NCBI GenBank assembly: GCA_963697535.1
Contig: OY969085.1
Coordinates: 509,180 to 573,179, forward strand
Length of the DNA stretch: 64,000 nt
DNA from: an uncultured Pseudomonadota bacterium
GTDB taxonomy: Bacteria > Pseudomonadota > Alphaproteobacteria > Rhizobiales > Xanthobacteraceae
Direction of reading: 5' to 3'
The notes beneath the pieces are model-generated. The model had not been told where the DNA came from and made no database searches. It saw only the letters and a program-made list of their open reading frames with translations. Shown piece after piece: positions 18,141-26,444 of the stretch (the stretch's first letter is position 1; each line of letters opens with the position of its first letter). Made by a program: the position numbers and the translations under genes.

Positions 18141-19146
18141 ATGGGGGATCGGGGAGCGGAGATAGGATGGAAGCGTCCCTTACGGGTGGGGGTCGCCGGG
18201 GTCGGCGTCATGGGCAGCAATCATGCCCGTGTTCTTGCTGACTTGCCGGCGGTCGAACTCATTGGTGTTGCCGACCCGAATCGTAAGCAGGCGGATTTCA
18301 TTGCACGCACGGTCGGGTGTGCGGCGACCGCCGATATCGGCGAATTGCTTGACCTGAACGTCGATGCCGTCACGATTGCCGCGCCGACGCACCTGCATCG
18401 CGAAATAGCGCTGGCATGCATTGAACGTAGCGTGCATGTGATGGTGGAGAAACCGATTGCCTCTTCCGTTGACGAGGGACATGAAATTATCGATGCGGCG
18501 CGCCGGGCCCGCGTGACATTGATGGTCGGGCATGTTGAGCGCTTCAACCCCGCCGTGGAAACAATCAAGGAAGCCATCCGCGGCGAGGATCTCCTTTCTA
18601 TCGCGATCACGCGCGTGGGCCCCTTTCCGCCGCGCATGTCGAATGTCGGTATTGTCATTGATCTTGCCGTTCATGATATCGACTTGATTCTGTTGGTTTA
18701 CGGATTCCGATATTATCGAGGTGCAGCCGCAACTATCCAGTGCGATGGCGGAACGCGAAGACATCGCGCTCTTGCAATTCCGCACCGAGTTGGGCGTGCT
18801 CGCCCACATCAACACCAATTGGCTTACGCCATTTAAAGCGCGTAGCGTGGCGATTGCGACGCGCCGCAAATACGTGATGGGCGATTTGCTCACGCGCCAG
18901 GTGACCGAATGTTTCGGCTTCCAGGCGGACGGCAGCTATTCGATGCGCCATTTATCGGTCGGCCATGCCGAGCCTTTGCGATCGGAGCTTATGGCCTTTT
19001 TGCGCGCGGTACGGTCTGGCACGCCACCGGCTGTATCCGGCGAAGAAGGCGTGGCCAGCCTTGAGATAGCCACACGTTGCCTATCGTCCGGATCGGCCGC
19101 CGCCGCGCCGTCTCGACGAATGGCGCATCGGCTCGCCGCGCGCTAA
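18141..19146 (+). pseudogene. Gfo/Idh/MocA-family NAD-dependent sugar oxidoreductase (WbpB-like), frameshifted near 18690
   Basis: 'LRVGVAGVGVMGSNHARV' and 'VMVEKPIA' continue to 'AVHDIDLI'. The sequence then continues in another frame as 'WFTDSDIIEVQPQLSSAMAEREDIALLQFRT...'. Confidence 0.7.
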
Positions 19147-19163
19147 TCTATTCGGATCCTGTC

Positions 19164-20312
19164 ATGAATTTGCGGGCCCAGCCGGTATCAATTCCATTCA
19201 TCGATATTGCCGCCCAACGCCTTTGTTTGGGATCGGCGATCGATACCGCGGTGAAGCGTGTCTTGACCCATTGCCAGTTCATTATGGGCCCGGAAGTGCG
19301 CGCTTTCGAAGCCGATCTCGCCGCGTTTTGTGGCGCGCGCCATGCTGTGACTTGCGCCAGCGGCACCGATGCCTTGGTGCTTGCATTGCGAGCCATGGAT
19401 ATAGGCCGCGGCGATGCGGTGATTTGCCCGTCCTTTACATTTTGCGCGACAGCGGAAGTTGCCGCGCTCGTGGGCGCCACACCCGTCTTCGTCGACGTCG
19501 ATGCCGATACGTTCAACATCGACGTGAACGCCATTGCCGGTGCGATCGAGAGCGCGAAAGAGGCGGGCCTCAAACCAAAAGCGATTATTCCCGTGGATCT
19601 ATTCGGGTTGCCGGCGGATCACGCCGCCATCGCGGCCGTGGCGAAGGCGGCGAATTTGTGCGTCATCGACGATGCCGCACAAGCTTTCGGCGCACTGTAT
19701 CACGGCCGTAGGATCGGCACTTTTGCTCATGCGACGACCACAAGTTTCTTTCCGGCCAAGCCTCTCGGCTGTTATGGCGACGGGGGCGCGGTGCTGACGG
19801 ACGATGATGGAATAGCCGATGCCATTCGCAGCCTGCGTGTGCACGGGCAGGGCAAGGACAAATACGACAATGTGCGCATTGGCCTTGCCTCGCGGCTCGA
19901 TACGATCCAAGCGGCCATTCTGAGCGAAAAACTGCAGATTTTCCCTGATGAAATTGAGGCGCGCAATGTCATTGCCAACCGCTATGCGCAGGGCCTCGGC
20001 GATCTTGTGACCGTGCCAATGGCGCCCGCCGATAGCGTTTCGGTATGGGCGCAATATACCATACGCCTTGCCGGCGGGCGCCGCGATGAACTTGCGGCCG
20101 CGCTCAAGACGGAAGGCATTCCCACGGCGGTCTATTACCCGATTCCGTTACATCGGCAGGTCGCCTATAAGGACTTTCCGGTTGGCAGGGGCGGAATGGC
20201 CGTGAGCGAGCGCTTGGCTGCGGAAGTTATCAGTCTGCCGATGCACGCTTATCTCGACGAGGGGGATCAGTCGCGCATCATCGATGCCGTCAGGCGGATA
20301 GTCGAGGCATGA
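19164..20312 (+). CDS. DegT/DnrJ/EryC1/StrS-family PLP-dependent sugar aminotransferase (WbpE-like)
   Basis: '[33 protein letters not shown]' and '[18 protein letters not shown]' (PLP-lysine region) are present. Confidence 0.85.
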   Translation: MNLRAQPVSIPFIDIAAQRLCLGSAIDTAVKRVLTHCQFIMGPEVRAFEADLAAFCGARHAVTCASGTDALVLALRAMDIGRGDAVICPSFTFCATAEVAALVGATPVFVDVDADTFNIDVNAIAGAIESAKEAGLKPKAIIPVDLFGLPADHAAIAAVAKAANLCVIDDAAQAFGALYHGRRIGTFAHATTTSFFPAKPLGCYGDGGAVLTDDDGIADAIRSLRVHGQGKDKYDNVRIGLASRLDTIQAAILSEKLQIFPDEIEARNVIANRYAQGLGDLVTVPMAPADSVSVWAQYTIRLAGGRRDELAAALKTEGIPTAVYYPIPLHRQVAYKDFPVGRGGMAVSERLAAEVISLPMHAYLDEGDQSRIIDAVRRIVEA

Positions 20313-21235
20313 GTGTCGGCGAGCCGACTGCGGATCAGTTTGCGGCGCATCTGACTTGGCTGTCGCGCGAAAAGCTGATGCCGGGCCGTGCCTATCTCAT
20401 GGAGATCGACGGCGCCACGGTTGCCGCGACCGTCACGAGTCTCAAATATCGGCTTGATCCGGATACATCCTCGAAATTTGCCGCGAAGACTCTTGGTATC
20501 AACGAGGTCGGCGCCTGTAATTTGGCGTTGGCGCGACCCATCGACATTGCTGGCAATCGCGGTGGCGGCGCCTTCAACTTGGTCGATCGGTACACAAATG
20601 AAATTGTTGCCGTCGGTGCCATCGATTTTGCTTTGAGGCGCGCAACCAACATTCATTACCAGAAACTGACGGTCAGCAAAGTGGAGCGCATCGAGCTTAT
20701 GCGGCATAAGCCGGCGGTTCTGTGGTTTACCGGATATTCGGGCGCCGGAAAATCGACCATAGCCAACCTGGTGGACTTCGGTTTGCACAAGTGTGGTATT
20801 CATACCATCCTGCTCGATGGCGACAATGTGCGTCATGGTCTGAATAAAGATCTTGGCTTTACCGAGCCGGATCGTGTCGAAAACATCCGCCGCATCGGCG
20901 AAGTCGCGAAACTGATGATGGAAGCGGGGCTTGTCGTGCTCTGCGCCTTCATTTCGCCGTTTCGCGCCGAGCGCCGTCTGGCTCGTGAACTCGTGGGCGA
21001 AGACTTTATCGAAGTTTTCGTCGACACGCCCCTTGAGCAATGCATCGCGCGCGATCCGAAGGGCCTTTATAAGCGCGCGCTTGCGGGCGAAATCAAAAAC
21101 TTCACCGGCGTCGATCAAGTCTATGAAACGCCTGACCAAGCCGAGCTGCATCTACTGGCGGGCGCCGATAGCGCCCATGCGCTTGCCGGGCAAGTGATCG
21201 ATGAACTGAAACGACGAAAAATTTTTGAACCTTGA
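20309..21235 (+). CDS. cysC: Adenylyl-sulfate (APS) kinase preceded by a CysN/NodQ C-terminal beta-barrel remnant; no GTPase domain
   Basis: The C-terminal 200 aa carry '[15 protein letters not shown]' (P-loop), '[16 protein letters not shown]' and 'ISPFRAERR'. The N-terminal ~110 aa resemble EF-Tu-like domain III of CysN ('...[14 protein letters not shown]...[17 protein letters not shown]'). Confidence 0.8.
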   Translation: MSVGEPTADQFAAHLTWLSREKLMPGRAYLMEIDGATVAATVTSLKYRLDPDTSSKFAAKTLGINEVGACNLALARPIDIAGNRGGGAFNLVDRYTNEIVAVGAIDFALRRATNIHYQKLTVSKVERIELMRHKPAVLWFTGYSGAGKSTIANLVDFGLHKCGIHTILLDGDNVRHGLNKDLGFTEPDRVENIRRIGEVAKLMMEAGLVVLCAFISPFRAERRLARELVGEDFIEVFVDTPLEQCIARDPKGLYKRALAGEIKNFTGVDQVYETPDQAELHLLAGADSAHALAGQVIDELKRRKIFEP

Positions 21236-21403
21236 GCGTTCACGGCTTAGCTTCGTTTATCAATTTCATCGGGCCACACGGCAGGGAACGGCTATGTTCG
21301 GCCGCAGAATCGTCTTAAGCAGTTCTATTTGTCAGCCTATCGCTATTACCGATAGCGCTCAGGTCCAGATTTTGGCACTTTTTGCCCTTTACGAGAGCCG
21401 GAT

Positions 21404-22943
21404 ATGATCGAACGCATTCTCACGGTTGGTGGGTTCACGCTGGTCTCGCGTCTGACCGGCTTCGTTCGGGATATCATTTTAGCGGCCATTCTGGGCGCAG
21501 GGCCCGTGGCCGACGCCTTTTTTGTCGCGCTCCGTCTGCCCAATCACTTTCGCGCTATTTTTGCCGAAGGGGCTTTTAACGCGGCTTTCGTGCCATCCTA
21601 CGCGCGCGTCCGTGAGCAAGACGGATCGGAGGCGGCGGGCCGATTGGCTGATTCGATCTTTACGCTACTGCTGACGAGTTCAGGTCGTGGTGCTTGCTCT
21701 CGCGCTCGTCTTTACGCCGACGGTTATTGATGTGTTGGCGCCGGGATTTGCACGCGATCCCGGCCGCTCTGCGCTCGCGCTCCAACTGACCCGCATTACT
21801 TTTCCCTATTTGCTGCTGATTACGCTCGTCACGCTCTATGGTGGAATCCTCAATGCATTGCAGCGTTTCGCGGTCGCGGCGGCCGCGCCGATCCTGCTTA
21901 ACCTCTCAATGATCGTTGCGCTCCTGCTTGGCGCTTTCTTTCCCAGCGCGGGCCACGCCGCCGCTTGGGGCGTATTGATGTCCGGGCTGCTTCAGGCCTT
22001 GCTCGTCGGCGGCAGCGCTTGGCGCATCGGCGCTTTGCCGCGGCTTCGCTGGCCGGAACTGAACATTCGCGTGCGTCAATTCTTTCGCGCGCTTGGGCCG
22101 GCCACGGTCGGCTCAGCCGGCGTGCAATTGGCATTACTGGCCGATACGATGATCGCCAGTTTTTTGCCGGCCGGGGCATTGTCGGCGCTTTATTACGCCG
22201 ACCGTCTCAATCAGCTTCCTATCGGCGTGATTGGCATTGCCGCCGGCACGGTGGTACTGCCGGAAATGTCACGCCGCCTGGCTGCGGGCGATCATGAGGG
22301 CGCGGCGCATGCTCAGAACCGCGCGGCCGAATTCACCTTGTTGTTGGCGATTCCCTCGGTCGCCGCATTTCTGATTGTTCCCGATCTTATCATGCGAGCG
22401 CTGTTTACGCGCGGCGCTTTCAATGCCGCCGACGCGCTGGCGGCAGGCCGCACGCTCGCGGCTTACGCCGTCGGTCTATTACCGTTTGTGCTTATCCGCA
22501 GTGCGGTCGCGACATTCTTTGCGCGCGGAGACACCACGACCCCGGTCAAGGCGGCGCTGATTGCGGCTGCGATCAACATTGCGTTCAAGGTCTTGCTCAT
22601 GGGCCCGCTCGCGCAAGTCGGGCTGGCACTGGCAACCTCTATCGGCGCCTGGATCAATCTTGGGCTTGTGCTCTGGTTTGCCCGGCGTGCCGGTTACGTA
22701 CGGATCGACGACCGACTGCGCCAATCGGTCGCCAAATTTTTGGTAGCCGGGTTGACATTGATTCTGGTGCTTTGGTTTTTTGACAAACCGGTGCTGTTAT
22801 GGGCTAGCGGTGCACATCGGTTCGGCGATCTCCTCGCCTTGGCGGTTCTCGGACTCCTCGGCGCGGCGGTTTATGGAGGCGTTATCCTTGCGTTATTCGG
22901 GCGCGGATGGCTGAAATTCTTTCGTGCCCGGCGGCCTCGATGA
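21404..22943 (+). pseudogene. murJ: Lipid II flippase MurJ (MviN), frameshifted near 21680
   Basis: 'LVSRLTGFVRDIILAAILGAGPVADAFFVALRLPNHFRAIFAEGAFNAAFVP' is the canonical MurJ N-terminus. The frame ends at 21730, and the remainder ('VVLALALVFTPTVIDVLAPGF...') is in the frame open from 21675. Confidence 0.75.
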
Positions 22944-22965
22944 TCTCACTTTTCGGGATCATGCG

Positions 22966-23790
22966 CTAACCGCGCAACCGTTCGGCGAACAACACCAGCG
23001 CCCGGCGATAAATTTCGGCCCCGTTCCACTGGCGCATGACGTCGAAATTCGCCGTGCCCGGGCCGTAAGGCGCGCCCGCGCGCCAGCCGTTCACGTTCAG
23101 CAAATTGGCGGTGGAGGCGAGTACATCCGCCACGCTGTGACGCAGATCGATCCGGCCGTCGCGATCGAAATCGACGCCGTATTTGATGTAAGACGAGGGC
23201 AGAAATTGCGTCTGGCCGATTTCGCCCGCGTAGGCGCCGACGAGATCGCGCAACGGCAAATCGCCGCGCTGGAGAATTTTCAAGGCGGCGATGAGTTCGC
23301 GCTGAAACAATTCGCTGCGGCGGCAATCATGCGCAAGGGTCGCGAGCGTGCGCACGACCGGCAGACGCCCCATATCGCCGGAGCCATTGTCGCTTTCCAA
23401 GGTCCAGATCGCCATCAGAAGCGGCGCGGGCACGCCGAAGCGCCGCTCGACGCGCGCAAGCAATTGCGCATGACGCGCCATCAGCCGCTTCGCGCGCGCG
23501 ATGCGCCCCGGCGTTACGCGCGTTGCGGCATAATGCTCGAAACTCATGCGGAACGTCGCATGCTGGCGTTTGTCGAATGCCAGCACCCTTCCGTCCGGCG
23601 AAAGATCGGCGAAGGCATTGCCGGTCACGCTGCGCGAGATGCCGGCCGCTTGCGCCTCGCGCGCCATGGCGGCGAGGAAGGTGCGGAAATCGCCGCCGCA
23701 TGGTGCCGCGGAAGCGGGCGCCGCAATTGCGAGCGCGACAAACGCGACAAATATGAGTGCGATGAAAAAAGCGGCGATGCGCATCAACAT
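22966..23790 (-). CDS. Lytic murein transglycosylase (MltB/SLT_2 family), signal peptide
   Basis: 'GAYAGEIGQTQFLPSSYIKYGVDFDRDGRIDL' is present. The N-terminal hydrophobic signal is 'MLMRIAAFFIALIFVAFVALAIAAPASA'. Confidence 0.8.
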   Translation of the reverse strand: MLMRIAAFFIALIFVAFVALAIAAPASAAPCGGDFRTFLAAMAREAQAAGISRSVTGNAFADLSPDGRVLAFDKRQHATFRMSFEHYAATRVTPGRIARAKRLMARHAQLLARVERRFGVPAPLLMAIWTLESDNGSGDMGRLPVVRTLATLAHDCRRSELFQRELIAALKILQRGDLPLRDLVGAYAGEIGQTQFLPSSYIKYGVDFDRDGRIDLRHSVADVLASTANLLNVNGWRAGAPYGPGTANFDVMRQWNGAEIYRRALVLFAERLRG

Positions 23791-23844
23791 GTTTTTTCCT
23801 CCAGCCTTCGTCATCAAAAAACATGGCATGCAAACGCGGCAGGC

Positions 23845-23892
23845 AAAAGGCCAAACAAAAGGCCAAACAAAAGGCCAAACAAAAGGCCAAGC
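23845..23892. repeat. 12-bp tandem repeat (aaaaggccaaac) x4
   Basis: Read directly. The fourth copy has one mismatch. The repeat lies ~55 bp upstream of the mltB-like start on the opposite-strand reading. Confidence 0.9.
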
Positions 23893-24123
23893 AAAGGCGC
23901 CAAATGCCGCCGGCTTTTATCCTTCCCTCAATCGTCCACAACGCCGTGCCGCACCAATTTTCCAGTTGGTCTCAGGGAAAAGTCACACCGGAACTTCGTA
24001 CGCAAACAGTGATATCTGATCTGCGCTATGTTGTAGCGCAGATTTTCGGTGGGCTTGCGCTACTCGTGCTCTTGGGGGAGAGGGAGACGCCGGCTATCTC
24101 GACAAACTCATCCAAATAGAATA

Positions 24124-24360
24124 ATGAGTCCCGACAATTTTCTGGATGATCTGTCAAGCTCTCCGCAAGACTTGAAACGCATCGAAGCTACAGCCGACAC
24201 AATCATAAATCATTATGATGGGCTAAAAAAAGATAACCGAATAACATCAGAACAATTCCAAAAAATTTACGATAAAGTTTACAATACTTTGCAGAACACA
24301 GCCGAATTTTATGTCGATCTTTTGGCAAAACAAAATCCTACTCCGAGTTCGATTAAATAG
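24124..24360 (+). CDS. Hypothetical protein in an AT-rich segment (possibly a gene remnant)
   Basis: ORF 'MSPDNFLDDLSSSPQDLKRIEATADTIINHYDG...' lies in a visibly AT-rich patch (by eye, GC not computed). A further ORF fragment follows in another frame up to the MITE. Confidence 0.35.
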   Translation: MSPDNFLDDLSSSPQDLKRIEATADTIINHYDGLKKDNRITSEQFQKIYDKVYNTLQNTAEFYVDLLAKQNPTPSSIK

Positions 24361-24532
24361 ACCCCCAGCATCTTTAATTATAAAGAAATGTGCGGAGTTC
24401 TTACTCAAGGAGCGCTTTTCCGATCAAGGTGCGAATAAAACAATTGACTTAAACAAAATGAACCAAAGACGATTCCACGATATCGTTGCTGTCATTACTT
24501 CCGAAATGTCTGATCATCCTAATGGCCCGGTA

Positions 24533-24701
24533 CTAGTGGAGCGGATTTGACATTCGCTACCCACCTGGCCGCAAGCTCGCGAAGCGAATGTCAAATCCAA
24601 AACTCCACTAGAAACTTATATTTGGCTCATGGTCTTTCAATTCAACCATTCGCAAAAGACCCCGCCGAAATGGGTAGCGAATGTTTGAATCGGACCACTA
24701 G
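24533..24701. mobile_element. MITE-like double-hairpin element, CTAG-bounded (copy 3, orientation B-A)
   Basis: It is the near-exact reverse complement of the 8406-8575 copy. Confidence 0.85.
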
Positions 24702-24925
24702 CGGCCTTTATGTTAGAATGTATGAGACAAATGAAAGTCGATCCTGACCATAAAAAATATGTCGCGCAAATGGCTCGTGCCTTAGAGAGTTTCAATAATC
24801 CGTTTATAAACGCTGCGGTTAGCAACTTTAAGCAGGCTGCGGGGCCTTAAGGATAGACCCACAGATCGAAAATAATGGAACAAGATAGGTCTTGTCTGAA
24901 ATAAAGAGGGCAACAGCCAAGTCTT

Positions 24926-25219
24926 TTACGCCGCCTTGCGCACGTAGCGTTTGACCTTGATCGACTTGACGCGTTTGCGCACCCGCGCCACGTCGTAGGC
25001 GGCCTGGATCCGCAGCATGAGATCGGCGCTGAGTCCAAACGCCTTTTCAATTCGGAGCCCCAAATCGGGCGACAGCGCGGCACGACCATTCACCACAGCA
25101 GATAATGTTGCGCGCCGCACCCCCAGCGCGCGGGCTGCCTCGGCAACGCTGATATCCAAAGGCTCCAACACGCCCCAATAAATAACCTCACCTGGGTGGG
25201 ACGGATTTTTCATCGGCAT
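24926..25219 (-). CDS. higA: HigA-family antitoxin (XRE HTH)
   Basis: 'HPGEVIYWGVLEPLDISVAEAARALGVRRATLSAVVNGRAALSPDLGLRIEKAFG' is present. Confidence 0.8.
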   Translation of the reverse strand: MPMKNPSHPGEVIYWGVLEPLDISVAEAARALGVRRATLSAVVNGRAALSPDLGLRIEKAFGLSADLMLRIQAAYDVARVRKRVKSIKVKRYVRKAA

Positions 25220-25229
25220 GGCCAATCCC

Positions 25230-25514
25230 TCAGTGGTAGTCCTCGATGTCGATATCCGAAACAACTGAACCCTCGACCTTGAAAGTGAGCCGATAATTAC
25301 GTGTCACAGTCAAACTCCAAACGCCTTTCCGCTCGCCCTTAAGAGAATGCAGACGCCAGCCCGGAACCGCTGAAAGCTCCGTGATATTCTCCGCTTCCTC
25401 AAGCACAGTCAACATTGCGCGAAGTTTTCCTTGATGCTGCTGTACGATTCCTCTCGGATCGTTCCGGCACCAGAAGCGTTCGAGGTCCTTATGCCGGAAG
25501 CTCACAATCTTCAT
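25230..25514 (-). CDS. higB: HigB-family toxin (plasmid maintenance killer type)
   Basis: 'MKIVSFRHKDLERFW...LHSLKGERKGVWSLTVTRNYRLTFKVEG..VSDIDIEDYH' is present. Confidence 0.8.
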   Translation of the reverse strand: MKIVSFRHKDLERFWCRNDPRGIVQQHQGKLRAMLTVLEEAENITELSAVPGWRLHSLKGERKGVWSLTVTRNYRLTFKVEGSVVSDIDIEDYH

Positions 25515-25734
25515 TTCTCATCGTACGGAGACACCGTACGGATGTCAAATCCCACTAAAGCATGTTGCATTCAGATTGAATCATCATCGCGCACTCTTCA
25601 CCTCGCCCACAAAGGAGAGGTGAAGAATGCGCGTGGCGCCAAAGCGGCTCAAGAATGACTTGACCAATATGGGCAGGGTTTTTCGAGGGCATTGCCGATT
25701 ACAAACCCTCCGCTCCCCACCTTATCATTGCCGA

Positions 25735-26286
25735 TTACAAACCCTCCGGCCCCCGCTTTATCGCCGCGATCCCGGTGCGCGCGACTTCCACGAGCCCGAG
25801 CGGCAGCATCAATTCGATAAATTGCTCGATTTTGTCGCTCTTGCCGGTGATCTCGAACACGAAACTCTCGGTCGTCGCATCGATGACGCGCGCGCGAAAG
25901 GCGTCGGCCAGCCGCAGCGCTTCGACGCGCTGTTCGCCCTTTCCGCGCACTTTCACCATCGCCAATTCGCGCTCGATCGAAGTGCCCGCAAGGGTCATAT
26001 CGACGACGCGATGAATGGGCACCAGCCGGTCGAGCTGGTTCTTGATCTGCTCGATCACCATCGGCGTGCCGGTGGTAACGATGGTGATAAGCGAGAGGTG
26101 TTTTTGGTGCTCCGTCTCCGACACCGTCAAGGATTCGATATTGTAGCCGCGCCCCGAGAACAAGCCGATGACGCGCGCCAGCACGCCCGGCTCGTTGTCG
26201 ACGAGAACGGAAAGCGTGTGTGTTTCCGCGCGTTGCGCCGCCGGCGCGGCGGGATAGTGCGAGGTTGTCGGCAGGTTTGCGTTCAT
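25735..26286 (-). CDS. ilvH: Acetolactate synthase small (regulatory) subunit
   Basis: ACT domain 'LSVLVDNEPGVLARVIGLFSGRGYNIESLTV'. The gene lies downstream of the large subunit. Confidence 0.9.
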   Translation of the reverse strand: MNANLPTTSHYPAAPAAQRAETHTLSVLVDNEPGVLARVIGLFSGRGYNIESLTVSETEHQKHLSLITIVTTGTPMVIEQIKNQLDRLVPIHRVVDMTLAGTSIERELAMVKVRGKGEQRVEALRLADAFRARVIDATTESFVFEITGKSDKIEQFIELMLPLGLVEVARTGIAAIKRGPEGL

Positions 26287-26444
26287 GTGTTTGGTCCGAG
26301 CTTTACTCTTGCGTCATGCGCGGGCTTGTCCCGCGCATCCACGTCTTTAGGGTGATTCAAACAGCAAGACGCGGATGGCCGCGACATAGGCGCGCGAAGC
26401 GACGCCGTTGTTCGAACGGCTATGCGCGGCCATGACAAAAAAAA

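Noticed and set aside
20267-21151. A 294-aa ORF on the minus strand.
   Set aside because: It is fully antisense to the well-supported CysC-type gene. It has no recognisable motif and looks like a typical high-GC shadow ORF.
22924-24012. A 362-aa plus-strand ORF overlapping the murJ end and the mltB-like gene.
   Set aside because: It is antisense to the lytic transglycosylase, which has the conserved SLT_2 motif. It also includes a translated 12-bp tandem repeat.
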